Shown: positions 9,639 to 20,800, numbered from the stretch's first letter. The stretch is DNA of 64,000 bases from a virus (IMGVR_UViG_3300017987_000006:64001-128000); one strand, 5' to 3'. A program made the numbers and translations. The notes: a model not told the origin generated them from the sequence alone.

Positions 9639-10015
9639 TGTCACCACCGACATTGCCGGAGCTCCTGGTTCGTCTGGGGTATATCACCAAAGATCAGATG
9701 AACAACGTCATTGATAAGATCACGATGTCCACCGAGGAAGATCGGATCGCCATGATGTTTGTTGCTCTCGATCTTGTGACGAACAAGCAGCTCGAGGAGG
9801 CGCGTGAGCTGCTGAAGAAGATGAACAGCACGAACCGCGTGGAGCGTGCGGAGGCGGCCCACGACTTTTCACAGAAGCGCGTTGCCACTATCACCTCCTT
9901 AGCCTGCAGGCTAAGGGCGAGGGCTGGAACGGTGAGGGGAATGACGGATGAGGCTCGTAAGGTTACGGGCGAGCAAGCCGCCATACCAATGTTGGCAAAG
10001 CCTACTGATTCTTAG
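9638..10015 (+). CDS. Stand-alone degenerate MshEN (GSPII N-terminal)-like domain protein
   Basis: Tandem LPELLVRLGYITKDQM / RIAMMFVALDLVTNKQLEEA resemble the two MshEN half-motifs. Confidence 0.5.
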   Translation: MSPPTLPELLVRLGYITKDQMNNVIDKITMSTEEDRIAMMFVALDLVTNKQLEEARELLKKMNSTNRVERAEAAHDFSQKRVATITSLACRLRARAGTVRGMTDEARKVTGEQAAIPMLAKPTDS

Positions 10016-10021
10016 TAGTAT
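9992..10021 (+). promoter_or_regulatory. Possible sigma70-like promoter
   Basis: TTGGCA-18 nt-TAGTAT upstream of the ATG at 10031. Confidence 0.3.
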
Positions 10022-10030
10022 GGCTGGGCG

Positions 10031-10588
10031 ATGACGCTCCCAGCCAAAGTAGGCGAGCCGGTCCCCATAGTTGTTGTCCTAGAAGACGGCAACGAGACGC
10101 AGTACCCGCAGACCAAGATCTATGCCGCAGGATCTGGAACTCCCGCCGCCACGATCGATGTTGCCCACATTGTGGCCGGGCGTTATGAGGATTCCTGGAC
10201 TCCCACCTCAGTTGGAGTTTACACGGCTCACACCATCATCTACTCGGACGCGGCAAGGACGGTAGAGAATATCGTCTACACGCGTGAGGCGGAGCAGATC
10301 GTAGCAACGGAAACGAACGTTGATGATCTGGCATCGGGCATCGTGCGGCTGCTGGGGCTGACACACGAGAACGTCTTCATAGATAACACCACGTTCGACG
10401 TTGCTGGGCAGCTCATCACATCCAGGATCAGACTTTACGACTCGAAGGCCAACGTGGAGAACGCCACGGACGGTGGTGATGAGACCATCCTTCCGGAGTC
10501 CGCCGGTTTGGTCGCGGTATACGAGATGGAGGCGGTGCATGAGGCGACGGGTCGGTTGCAGACGTACCGAATGAAGAGGACGGCATGA
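10031..10588 (+). CDS. Virion structural protein (Ig-like N-terminus)
   Basis: GRYEDSWTPTSVGVYT is a beta-sandwich-like pattern; structural context. Confidence 0.6.
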   Translation: MTLPAKVGEPVPIVVVLEDGNETQYPQTKIYAAGSGTPAATIDVAHIVAGRYEDSWTPTSVGVYTAHTIIYSDAARTVENIVYTREAEQIVATETNVDDLASGIVRLLGLTHENVFIDNTTFDVAGQLITSRIRLYDSKANVENATDGGDETILPESAGLVAVYEMEAVHEATGRLQTYRMKRTA

Positions 10589-10884
10589 GCTCCACCAGCC
10601 TCGTCACGCGTGGGATGATTTGTTACAGCCAGATCTTGGGGGACAAGCTGATGAGCTGCGCACACCCGGATACGACCAGTGTCCTGGAGGTTCGGCCCAA
10701 GATCAGACGTGCTGCGGCAGAGGACCCAGTATCTGTTGGACCTCCGTCCATTTTATCTGCACGGGAAGTGAAGCCGCGGACCAGTGCCCAGGCGGAGCAA
10801 GTTCCGTCTGCTCCGGAGCCGCCTACGATCTTGTCAGGTCAAGAGATGAAGCCTAAGATCGTCAAGATCGAAGAGGAGGACTAA
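10585..10884 (+). CDS. Hypothetical protein with internal PP.ILS..E.KP repeat
   Basis: PPSILSAREVKP / PPTILSGQEMKP; ATGA overlap. Confidence 0.55.
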   Translation: MSSTSLVTRGMICYSQILGDKLMSCAHPDTTSVLEVRPKIRRAAAEDPVSVGPPSILSAREVKPRTSAQAEQVPSAPEPPTILSGQEMKPKIVKIEEED

Positions 10885-11835
10885 GTGGCGACCATCAAAT
10901 TGAAGCTCTTCGTGTCCGAGCTGGCCAACGTCATGTCATTGTTCGATGTGATCCAGGTCCAGCGTTCGGCCACTGCTCCTCCTACCGTCACCGCTGTCGA
11001 TCTCACGGAGGACACAGCTCAGCCGGCCGAGCTGACGGGAACTATCGAGGGGCCATACGCGCTCAACGGTAAGATCTTCACGTTCAAGGTCAACGGCACC
11101 GAGCTCTCCGTCACCTTCACCTCGCCAGATCCAATCGCCATCCCAGATGTGGTGGATGAGATCAACACGGCGCTGACTGGGGCTGGGTTGGATGCCACGG
11201 CATCAGACTCGAGCGGTTTGTTGAAACTCGAGACAGATGATTCTGGGACGCAGTTCACGTTGGAGATCATCAGTGGGACGGCGCTGGCGGTTCTGGGCTT
11301 TACGGCCGGCGACAAGGACAACGGCGAGGCCGTCCACACACTCCTGATTGCGGATGTGACCGAGTACGTTTTTGATGATGGGAGTGGGGAGGCTTCTTAC
11401 TACTACCGGACGCGCTTTTACAACACGGCCAACGGGACCTACAGCGCCTGGTCGGACTGGGAACAGGGGACGACGAGCGCCGCGGTGGACTCGGCCGAGC
11501 TCATCGTGGGGAAGGTCCAGCTCGCCAAGCTCGATGGCACGGCCTGGTCGGGGGCGAAGGTGGTCATCGCCAACGTGTTCGAACCCTCCAAGGCGGATGG
11601 GTACGGTATCTTCGGGAAATCAATAGAGATTGAGACAGACGGTACGGGAATGGCTGAGACAACCCTTGTGAAGGGCTCGCTGGTAGATGTAATATTCGCG
11701 GGCACTTCCATCATCCGGCGGATCCAGGTCCCGGATACTGGAACGGAGTTTGACCTGCTGGACGACAGCTTGGTAGTGAACGACAGGTTCGAGATTCAGA
11801 CGCCGGATATTCCGTATGCCCCACGTCGCACATAG
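10885..11835 (+). CDS. Virion structural protein (FN3/transthyretin-like beta domains)
   Basis: YYYRTRFYN...YSAWS is FN3-like; the C-terminal module resembles part of 12760-13692. Confidence 0.65.
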   Translation: MATIKLKLFVSELANVMSLFDVIQVQRSATAPPTVTAVDLTEDTAQPAELTGTIEGPYALNGKIFTFKVNGTELSVTFTSPDPIAIPDVVDEINTALTGAGLDATASDSSGLLKLETDDSGTQFTLEIISGTALAVLGFTAGDKDNGEAVHTLLIADVTEYVFDDGSGEASYYYRTRFYNTANGTYSAWSDWEQGTTSAAVDSAELIVGKVQLAKLDGTAWSGAKVVIANVFEPSKADGYGIFGKSIEIETDGTGMAETTLVKGSLVDVIFAGTSIIRRIQVPDTGTEFDLLDDSLVVNDRFEIQTPDIPYAPRRT

Positions 11836-12036
11836 AGCCTCTGAGAGGCCCGTGGCGGGCCCGGCATTTCGGGCGGTGCTGCGGGGCGACCCGGGTAGCT
11901 CAGGCCCAAATTTGAGCTGCTCAGGCCCGTTCTCGAGCACGTTAGCTTGTTGGCCGCGGGCCTGTTGGACAGCGGCACGCTGGACGTGGAGTGGGGCATG
12001 TGTTTTGGTAACCCAACTTACAAAAAAAGGTGCGTC

Positions 12037-12759
12037 GTGAACACAGAGTCATTCTTCGACGAGTTGGAGAAGATAGCGTTCGACTGGGCGGATATGAATC
12101 GGGTGCTGCGTTTGAGTAGAGCTCGGACGCTTCGACTTCCACAACGTCTACTTCCGGTAGGGCCGATGTCTGTCCCCGCGGCCTCCAAACCTTACCAACT
12201 AGCTGCCGCTAGGGAAGCCGTTGAAACTGGACAGATTCCTGCGGCACTAGGCGACGCATCGATGCGGTTTGTCGGGCAGACGAGCGGCAAGGCCCTAATG
12301 CCGAAGGGAGGCGTGGTCCGGCAACTGGAGCAGCGTGGGATGCCGTCTGGAGTGGTCAAAGGCAGGGAGCGCAAGGCCATGGAGTCTCTGTTACGGGGAC
12401 ATGAACTCGATGAGGTCACCTTGGGTGCGAAGAAGTTCGACCCGGAGTACACCATAAAGACGACGCACGTTAGTCCCGACGTGGTTCTGAGGGAGAGAAA
12501 CAGGCTTCTGACGATGCCGCCTGAGGTGCGTCCGGCTGTCACAGAGGCTATGTCACCTATCCGCTCGGTGCTTGATACACCTGCTCTGGAGCGGGCGACC
12601 AGAACCGTTTCTGGGAAGGGGCTAGATTATGGCAGTGGCCCGCGGTTGAGCCGTCACGCGCGCAAACGGATCTCCAAAAGGATGAAGGAGATCACGAAGA
12701 GCCCAGATACTCCGTCAGCCACAGAGATGATCAGAGAGGCAATGGAAGGGGCAGCGTAG
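12037..12759 (+). CDS. Basic protein with N-terminal 'FFDELEKIA' motif; putative internal virion protein
   Basis: Start moved to GTG 12037 (VNTESFFDELEKIA); Arg/Lys-rich; contains GHELDE. Confidence 0.7.
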   Translation: MNTESFFDELEKIAFDWADMNRVLRLSRARTLRLPQRLLPVGPMSVPAASKPYQLAAAREAVETGQIPAALGDASMRFVGQTSGKALMPKGGVVRQLEQRGMPSGVVKGRERKAMESLLRGHELDEVTLGAKKFDPEYTIKTTHVSPDVVLRERNRLLTMPPEVRPAVTEAMSPIRSVLDTPALERATRTVSGKGLDYGSGPRLSRHARKRISKRMKEITKSPDTPSATEMIREAMEGAA

Positions 12760-13692
12760 ATGGCTAGCGAGACAGTACGAGTCTTCGTAGTAGACGAGCA
12801 GACGCCCACGCCAGATCCGATCGAGAGTGTGCTGGTACGGGTCTTCGATGCGACTGGGACCACCTTTATCACGGAGGACTACACTGATGCGCTCGGTATT
12901 GCAGATTTCACGCTCGATGGGGACGACCCACCCAACGAATACCAGATCCGGCTGTCAAAGACGGGTGTCGCGTTCGATGGCAGTTTGGGCGACGACTCGA
13001 AGTCACCTCAGCTCATCGAGGTCTGGACTCCGGCCGCCTCCTCGCCCAGCGGCACCAACGACTTTGAGGTTCAGGGACAGACCTTCAGTCGTCCTGTCGC
13101 GACAGATCCTCGGCTGTGTCGTGCGAGCGGTTTCTTCCGTCGGGCTGATGGTTCTGCGTATCCGCACCTAGATCTGATCTTCAAGCCCCTCTTCAGACCG
13201 GCCATCGTAGACGGGGACAGCGTGATGTGGACATCTATCAACACGCGAACCGATGAAGACGGATACCTCGAGATCGATCTGTATCGTGGCGGCGAGTACA
13301 GCGTGGTGGTGGAGTCCCTCGAAGATGATCCACGCAGCGTGGTCGTCCCGGATGCGTCATCCGTCAGCTTGATCGATCTGCTGTTTCCGGTCGTCGCCCA
13401 GGTCGTCTTCGATCCTACTTCGCTGGCCATGTCCGAGGGGGATTCCGAGGAAGTCACTCCGACCGTCACGGCCAGCGATCTCCAGGAGCTTACAGGTACC
13501 GCTCCCGATGACGTGGAGTACACCTCGTCGGACGAGGACGTCGCGACTGTTAGCGTTCGTGACGATGTCATTATTGTCACTGCTGTCGGGGCCGGGTCGG
13601 CGCAGATTGACGTGGCGCGCAAGGACGAGTCGATCGTCATCGTCCCTGATTCTGGAATCACCTACACTGCTCTGTCTATCACGGTGACGTAG
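12760..13692 (+). CDS. Virion protein with carboxypeptidase-regulatory-like and C-terminal Ig-like (Big_2-type) domains
   Basis: PIESVLVRVFD...YTDALGIADF; YTSSDEDVATVS...TAVGAGSAQI. Confidence 0.7.
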   Translation: MASETVRVFVVDEQTPTPDPIESVLVRVFDATGTTFITEDYTDALGIADFTLDGDDPPNEYQIRLSKTGVAFDGSLGDDSKSPQLIEVWTPAASSPSGTNDFEVQGQTFSRPVATDPRLCRASGFFRRADGSAYPHLDLIFKPLFRPAIVDGDSVMWTSINTRTDEDGYLEIDLYRGGEYSVVVESLEDDPRSVVVPDASSVSLIDLLFPVVAQVVFDPTSLAMSEGDSEEVTPTVTASDLQELTGTAPDDVEYTSSDEDVATVSVRDDVIIVTAVGAGSAQIDVARKDESIVIVPDSGITYTALSITVT

Positions 13693-13693
13693 C

Positions 13694-14014
13694 GTGTGGC
13701 CGTCATTCCTCGTTGTGCGTCGGATTTATCCAGAAGATGGAGGGGTTAAGCTCCTCCTCGCAGCGATCATTCGCCGTGCCGCCTTCGACATCGCGTTGTA
13801 CTCAAACGATCGACGTTTGGCCAACAGGAAGATTGCTGTGGGCGCATACAATTGGATGTTCTCTGACACAGACCCTGAGCATCAAGAAGATCGGTTTACA
13901 TCGTTCCTCAACATCTGTGAGGTCCTGGATATAGATCCGGGATGGATCAGAGATAGAACGATGAAGCTGAAGAGGGTCGATGTGAAGAAGTTCAACCTTG
14001 TGGGTCCGGCATGA
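13694..14014 (+). CDS. Hypothetical helical protein
   Basis: LLAAIIRRAAFD...AYNWMF...FLNICEVLDIDP...IR; ATGA overlap with the next gene. Confidence 0.6.
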   Translation: MWPSFLVVRRIYPEDGGVKLLLAAIIRRAAFDIALYSNDRRLANRKIAVGAYNWMFSDTDPEHQEDRFTSFLNICEVLDIDPGWIRDRTMKLKRVDVKKFNLVGPA

Positions 14015-16884
14015 GCAACTTCACCGAGCAAGAGGTACAGAACGCCGTTTCACAGTTCGTTCGTGAGGGGGTGAAGCTCCAAAGGAGTCAGCTGGGGCCA
14101 CTGGATACAAACAACACGTTCTCGGAAGTATTGGAGTATGCGGCGGGGACACTTGTCTTCAATCCGAGCTCCATCTTCTATTTGATCTCCCTAGCGGCCA
14201 ATCGTGTGAATCAAGACGTGGAGCTCGCGCTGGAGTACCTGGACGATATCCTGATTGGTATCAACGAGGTGGGGCGCGACACGGTGAAGGTCACCAGAAC
14301 ATCCCTGCTTGAGGACGCTGCCGCGGCTCTGCTCGAAGCAGAGCGGATCTTGACCGAATCATCCGCCATCACCGAGCGACAGTTTTCCAGGTATGAGGCT
14401 TCTCTGAACAAGTTCACAGAGGCCTCCCTGACGCCCAACATCCGCGAGTCCACAGGGCAGCCGTTTCCCAACACGTACCAGATCTCCAGGCCGCCGCAAA
14501 AAGCACAATCGGCGATCAAAACATCTGTCGCATCCCTCAGCACGCTGCACACCACGTTGCTGAGTGAGGTTTCCCAGCTGCGGAGCACCTTCAGCGAGTT
14601 CCTGGCATTGAATCTCCCGCTGCTATCCATCCAGGGAACGGTAGAGAAGGCCAGGACGGACCTGAGAACACTGAAGCGTGAGTTTGACGCCGCCACGACG
14701 GATGATGCGATCGGTATGACGCGGGACGCATTTTTACGCATCGAAGCCGGTAAGGCCGTCGTCCTGAATCTGACAAGTATCTCAGACCCGACAGAGGCGC
14801 GGATGGAGGGGACAACCTCCAACACGATACGAGCTCGCGTGTCTTCGTCTCCGGCGTCTGGAACGGCGGCCAGCATTGCCTTGACCAGGTCAGCGCCCTA
14901 CGAGGTAATCCCCGGAACGCAGGATTCTATCCAGCTCGCCGTGGATGGTGGAGGAACGCAAACAGCCACCATCATCCCGGCAGATCCCGCCTTCCTGGTG
15001 GGAACTCAGGGAGAGACGTTCGATATTCATGCGTCATCGGCCGCGAATTTAACAAGTGTGGGGGTTGGGCCGTATACTGTTCCAGCGTCTCCGAACAACG
15101 TCTTCGATGTGTTTGTGGACGGGATAGGGTATCGGGCGACTCTGACCTCGGGTTCCAGGACGGCGGCGCAGGTAGCTGCCAAGATCGATGCGGCAACACG
15201 CATCGATGGATCTCCAGGGACGTTCTCGGCCGTGGCCACGGCCTCAGATAGTGGCGGAAGTCTCCGGCTGCAGCACGACATCGCAGGTGAGAATACCATT
15301 ACGATCGGAGACCAAACGACGCTCAACACGGCACTTGGATTCACCTCCGGTCAATCTTCCACCGGACAGGCCGATAACAGAGAGATCAGATTCTTGGTGG
15401 ATGATGTGGTGGTTGTGGCCGCAACGCTAACCACAGGAACCAGGACAGCCGCACAGGTGGCGGCTGACATAGCTGGGGCTTCTGCCTCGATCGACGCTTC
15501 TGCGATCACTGTTGAAGCTCTGCCATCGAACCTGGAGGCGGTGAAGGTTCGATCTACAAGCTACGGGGACGGCTCCTCGATCGCGATTAAGCCGATAACA
15601 GACGTTCACCGAGAGGCGATGGAGACGTTAGGGTTCCTGGAAGATCAAACCGCTCGCAGCGAATCTACCAGCCTCGATACCCTGCACGAGGCAATCAATG
15701 CATTATCGGGTATCACTGCGGAGCAGAGCCGGGAGACGCTCCAGGAGGGAGACGGAGGGGAAACTATTCTGGATGGAGCTGACTACAAGTTACGCCTCGC
15801 CTCTGGTACAATCAACGCAACACCTGCCAGCGGCGATGTAATCAGGATCGTCGGCGGATCGAATGTTGGACACTACCGCATCACAGCTGTTTCATTGGGC
15901 GGAACGTTCGACGACGTCACGGTAGATCGCCCATTCCCAATTGTCACAGGCACAGAATCCCAGAACCAGTCCTGGGAGCTGCTGCGCGACGTGCTGATCA
16001 TTTCGTCAGACACGATCTCCTCGTCCTCTAGCCTGGAGGTAGTCGGTGGGACGCTGATCGCCGAGGTCGGTCTGACGGCGGGCACTGTCCGGGGCACCGT
16101 CTCCGGTGTTCGTGTCTCGTCCTCTGGGGTCGATCAGAGCTTCTCCGGCAACGATGTGCGGATCGGAGACCTGTTGACGTTAGCCGGGCCGACGTACTCC
16201 ACGACGCACACGGTGACGGATGTCACGGACGGAGGGTATCAAATCGAGGTGACGCCTGAAATCTCAAACGATATGTCGGCGCATCTATTCTCCATTCAGG
16301 GGTCAGCTTACGTCGAGTATCGGGAATTTGAAGATCAGATCTCCTATTGGGACTCAAACGTCCTCGGCCCATCATCTTTCAGCGAAAATATCTTGGAGCT
16401 CGAGCGGTTGCTGAACCCACTCCTCGTGAACAAGAATCCATCCGCAGCGCTGGTTAGCGGAGCGAGAACGGCGGCACAGAACCTCCAATCGATATACGAA
16501 GACCTGAGCACGATATTGGAGGATTTCAGCGTATCGGCCGTGACGCGGATCGACGCCCTGCTGGATATGCTGCTCGAGCGCGGATTAGACCGAGCGCATG
16601 AGCTTCTCCTTCTCGGCCAGGTATCGGAGTTTTTTAGCATGACCCGAGACAGCGCATCGTACAGCGGGAATCTTCTGGAGAAAATGCGAGAGATGGCTCA
16701 GAATGATGTACCACTGGGACGGGGCGCGGAGATGGGTCACACGGAGGAGAGGCTTCTCGGTAGTTATGAGGATACTGATTTCAACTGGGACTTCTCTGAT
16801 GCTGACGCAGAGTTGGACATTCCGGAGATCGACGATACGGTCTTGGAAGAGGAAGAGGATGACTTCTTGACAAAGGTTTACTAG
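14011..16884 (+). CDS. Large tail/baseplate-associated structural protein
   Basis: 957 aa; helical N- and C-termini around beta-rich repeats (SGSRTAAQVAAKID / TGTRTAAQVAADIA). Confidence 0.7.
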   Translation: MSNFTEQEVQNAVSQFVREGVKLQRSQLGPLDTNNTFSEVLEYAAGTLVFNPSSIFYLISLAANRVNQDVELALEYLDDILIGINEVGRDTVKVTRTSLLEDAAAALLEAERILTESSAITERQFSRYEASLNKFTEASLTPNIRESTGQPFPNTYQISRPPQKAQSAIKTSVASLSTLHTTLLSEVSQLRSTFSEFLALNLPLLSIQGTVEKARTDLRTLKREFDAATTDDAIGMTRDAFLRIEAGKAVVLNLTSISDPTEARMEGTTSNTIRARVSSSPASGTAASIALTRSAPYEVIPGTQDSIQLAVDGGGTQTATIIPADPAFLVGTQGETFDIHASSAANLTSVGVGPYTVPASPNNVFDVFVDGIGYRATLTSGSRTAAQVAAKIDAATRIDGSPGTFSAVATASDSGGSLRLQHDIAGENTITIGDQTTLNTALGFTSGQSSTGQADNREIRFLVDDVVVVAATLTTGTRTAAQVAADIAGASASIDASAITVEALPSNLEAVKVRSTSYGDGSSIAIKPITDVHREAMETLGFLEDQTARSESTSLDTLHEAINALSGITAEQSRETLQEGDGGETILDGADYKLRLASGTINATPASGDVIRIVGGSNVGHYRITAVSLGGTFDDVTVDRPFPIVTGTESQNQSWELLRDVLIISSDTISSSSSLEVVGGTLIAEVGLTAGTVRGTVSGVRVSSSGVDQSFSGNDVRIGDLLTLAGPTYSTTHTVTDVTDGGYQIEVTPEISNDMSAHLFSIQGSAYVEYREFEDQISYWDSNVLGPSSFSENILELERLLNPLLVNKNPSAALVSGARTAAQNLQSIYEDLSTILEDFSVSAVTRIDALLDMLLERGLDRAHELLLLGQVSEFFSMTRDSASYSGNLLEKMREMAQNDVPLGRGAEMGHTEERLLGSYEDTDFNWDFSDADAELDIPEIDDTVLEEEEDDFLTKVY

Positions 16885-16887
16885 CCA

Positions 16888-17241
16888 GTGCCGCCGAGAA
16901 ACGAGAGAGCGGTCTCACCAGAGGCCCAGCAGACTCAGTTGAATCTCCAGATCAGAACTGTTCTGGGGGAAGCATACGCATTTCTGGTAGGGGAGCAGTA
17001 TGCTGAGAGCATCGCTGCAGTCTCGCTTGAAACATTGATGCGGGAACAGATAGATCAGATCCAGGGGACGTCGGGCCGTACCTCCATCCGCCTGAATCAG
17101 ATCGATCGTATTGATAGGATGTTGGCGCAGCTGAGTCAGGTTGTGGATGCCGTGACAGCCCTGCCTCCAGAGGCGTTCCAAATCGAGGCCAGTGAAGAAA
17201 CCCAGAACGTTAATTCTCCATTAGACGGGATACCGGAGTAA
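16888..17241 (+). CDS. Small coiled-coil protein
   Basis: Q/E/L-rich helical ORF; TAATG overlap with the next gene. Confidence 0.6.
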   Translation: MPPRNERAVSPEAQQTQLNLQIRTVLGEAYAFLVGEQYAESIAAVSLETLMREQIDQIQGTSGRTSIRLNQIDRIDRMLAQLSQVVDAVTALPPEAFQIEASEETQNVNSPLDGIPE

Positions 17242-17891
17242 TGGACATCCAGGTTGTATATCTGCGCGACGTTCTCAATGTCACTTCCGTGACCAACGTT
17301 CCCGACATGGTTCCACGGACATTAGACGTGCGGGGTCCTGATTTTCGGAGCGTGGATCGCGTGGAGGTGAACGAGGAGGATTCTCCGAGCTTCATCGTGA
17401 TGAGCAGTAAGCGGATTTTAGCCCAGGTTCCGCCATCGCAAGAACAGCAGGCTATTCGATCCATCTCCGTTCTCAGCAGCAGGTTCACCAAGACCGATCG
17501 CAGCCAGGTAAAGTTCGAGTTTACGAACCACCCGAAGAGGGCGACCGGGCTCATCAAATTGATCCAGACTTTCCTCCTCTACTTGATGCGGACCCCAGGA
17601 ACAGATGCCTGGTATCCAAACTCCGGCGGGGGCGTCATGCGTTTGATCGGATCAACATTTTCCAGGAACCAGACAGGTGGTGTGGCGGCCGATTTCACCA
17701 CCGCGGTCAGCCGTACCAGGACCCAGATCATGGCCTTGCAGGCATCACGCCCGCGTTTGGCATCATCGGAAAAGCTGGCCGGTGCCCAGGTCCTGCAAGC
17801 CATCTTCAGCCCGGAGCAAACAGCGTTGCTCGCGCGGGTGGAGCTGTCGAACCAGTCTGGTGAGCGGGCCATCGTAGGCTTGGAGCTCTAA
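17241..17891 (+). CDS. Baseplate wedge protein, gp25/GpW-like with N-terminal IPT/TIG-like domain
   Basis: GLIKLIQTFLLYLMRTPGTDAWYPNSGGG resembles the gp25-family L.T.PG...P.FG motif; lies directly before the baseplate J-like gene. Confidence 0.65.
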   Translation: MDIQVVYLRDVLNVTSVTNVPDMVPRTLDVRGPDFRSVDRVEVNEEDSPSFIVMSSKRILAQVPPSQEQQAIRSISVLSSRFTKTDRSQVKFEFTNHPKRATGLIKLIQTFLLYLMRTPGTDAWYPNSGGGVMRLIGSTFSRNQTGGVAADFTTAVSRTRTQIMALQASRPRLASSEKLAGAQVLQAIFSPEQTALLARVELSNQSGERAIVGLEL

Positions 17892-17893
17892 AA

Positions 17894-20800
17894 ATGGCAG
17901 GAACAGAAGACCTTCGCGAGTTCATTGAAGAGCGTCTACTCATTTACGATCCGGACATGGACATCTCAGATGGATCTCCAGCGGATGTGGAGATTATCGA
18001 TCCGATCGTGCGGCGCTACACCCCAGACCCGTTCGAGACAGACATTCGCTCGTTTATCCAGACCAGGCTGGAGCAGGAATACCCCGATCTGGACAAGGAA
18101 GAGGGCGATGTTTTGATGGACCTCCTGGTAAAGCCGGGAGAGGTCCTTCTTGATCCGATCATCCGTGAGGTGGAGTTCCTTCGCAAGAATAAGTCCCTCA
18201 ACGATCCAGATCTACTGTCTCCGTCAGAGGCGGACTCGTTGATGGGGAACATCTTTGTTTCGCGCTCGCGGGGGACGTTGTCTGTTGGACAAGTCCGGGT
18301 GTACTTCAACGCCCCCATCGCCGTTTCGTTGTCTATCAGCAATGTGGCGTCTACTGCAACCGGCCTAAACTTCATCCCGTCCTCGACGCAGGAGATTTCC
18401 GCTGAGGCGATGTTGTTCAACCAGGACGGCAGCCTGTTCTACTTCGATGCGTTTTACCAGGCCGAGCAGGAGGGGACGGAGTACAACATTGAGGCTGGAG
18501 AGATCATTTCGATCTCTAACGTGCAAGCATCGGTGAAGATTACGAACCTTTCTAGGTTCCGTGATGGATCTCCAGAAGAGAGCACGTTGAACTTCATCGG
18601 CCGCGGAGAGGACAGCGTGACTGAGCGATCTCTCGTCATCCCGCGTGGGACGATCGCTCGTCTGTTTGATCAGTTTCAGGACCTTCAGCACCTTCAAATC
18701 GTCGGGTTCAAAGATCCGGAAATGGAGCGGGACGTCGTCACTGGCGGAGGCCTTGGTCCCATCGTTCTCTACGGGACGGACGGTCAGACCTCGGACGATG
18801 GGGACGGAGATGGGTACGCCACGTTGGTAGAAAGTCCGGCCGGGGGCTTCGTCGCCAATGTCGGAGCGATAGGACCTGTCGAGGGTTACTCCATAACCAT
18901 CGCTGGAGAAGACTATCCAATCGTGGAGGTGGTGAGTGACGAGATCATCAGGATAACGGCGTCGGGCGGCGGGATCCCAGATCTAGCGGACACACTTTCT
19001 GGAGAGCAGTTTTATGTCCGGAAGAACGTCATCACCTTATCTGGAATCCCAGGCGGTATTATTGGGGAGTCTATCAATGGCGAAGTGGAGATTAACGATA
19101 ATGAGATCCACATCGGAGGCTGCACGGACTTCCACATTCGAGGTACATCTCTGGAGGACTCGACACAGACCATCGAGGCGGTAACAGACGAAGATCCGAT
19201 CACGGAGGGGACGGGGCTCCGAACTAAGCAAGCCACGCTCCCCGATGACGTCGTCGAAGATCCCACGCTTTTGGCTGCAAACGATTTCGTCGCCATGGAA
19301 GTCCAGGTGGGTCAGACACTGGTAATCGAGACTGACGCTGGAAACGCCGGGCCGTACCAGATCATTAAAGTGGCTCCTGGAGGAAACGGGCAGCGGCTAC
19401 AGGTAGATCCGGCCCCAGGATCTACCGTAAGCGATCAAAAATACAAGATCGTAGATACGATCGATGTGAATTTGAACGAGCCAAAGACTGTGCGCGGGTC
19501 CGGAACCGATCTGAAGACTATCTTAGGCAGCACGCAGGTCAGCACTGTCGCCGAAGTCGACTTTGATCAGCTTGGCGTGGAGGAGGGAGACGTCCTTCGT
19601 ATTGGCGGTAACACGTTGAACGCGGGGGACTACACGGTGGTATCCATCAGCGGCACCGGGAACAAGTTGCTGACAGTTGATTCACAGATGCGGAAGACAA
19701 GCAGCTCCGAGACGTGGCAGGTCTACAAAGCGCAGGAGGGGATGAGCCCCCCTGTCCTTCGCATCACCAGCATCGACATTCTAGACTCGTCGAAGCAGCC
19801 AACGGGGAACACTATTCCCTACGCAGATCCCATCGATATCCGTTCTACGGCATTCTCCAACATCGGTATCGGGGAGAAGCTGGAAGTGACGGATGCCCGG
19901 ATTGGGATCTTGGGGTTGACTGACCTGTCTGGTGCAATCGCGACCATCAACACCAAACAGTTGAAGGTCCGCATCAACAACGGTGCAGTCAATACCATTA
20001 CCTTCTCCGGTGTGGTCGCCGTTCAGGATATTATCGATCAGATCAATGCCGGGATATCAGGATTCAATGTCGCCGATATCGTAGAGGTGAATGGGGTCTC
20101 CAGACTTTCGATGCGTTCGCGCAACAACTGGATTTGGATTGATCGTACGGGAACAGCGAATACGGACCTTGGTTTATCCACGTCGTTCGACGAGGACAAC
20201 CGTCAGGTAATCAGCTCGTCGATCTCCGATTGGACATCATCCCTTTACGGGTTGGTCTCGGAGCGTGATTCAGTTTACGTACTGACGGGCGATAACATCG
20301 AGTTCTGGTTCTTGCAGGAAGTCGTAGCCGATCGACTACTGATTGTGCGAGTGCAGGATGGGAAGGCCGTGTTTCCGCTGACCGATGAGAGCGCAACAGT
20401 GCGTCTAGGGTCTCGTTCCTTCGGCAAGGTACGCTGCTACTTCCTCGAACCCACCTCGTTCGAGGTCCGGGGGGCTTACCGTCGGGCGGCATTGAGTGAG
20501 ACGAACCACGACCCGAACGTCGTGTTGGGCGTTCAGAGTGATGAGCCTCCGCGGGCGGAGTTTTCCTTCGATGTCTTCGGTGATGAGTCAGCGTTCTACA
20601 GGTACTTCCCAGATCCGGCCCTGGAACACCAGCTCCTCCCTGTGACAGACGAAGACGTCCCGGACAACCTTTACATCGCTAACATCGGCGACGTCTATGT
20701 GGAGAGCGAGAAGGACCCACCCTTAGGTCCCGGTCAATTTTCCAGGGATGCGGAAATAGATTTTCTGCTGCGAGAGGCGCAGCCGGGAGATATTTTGGAA

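Noticed and set aside
11889-11945. tRNA-like D-arm (TAGCTCAG...GAGC)
   Set aside because: No anticodon arm, no TTC T-loop and no matching 3' acceptor strand.
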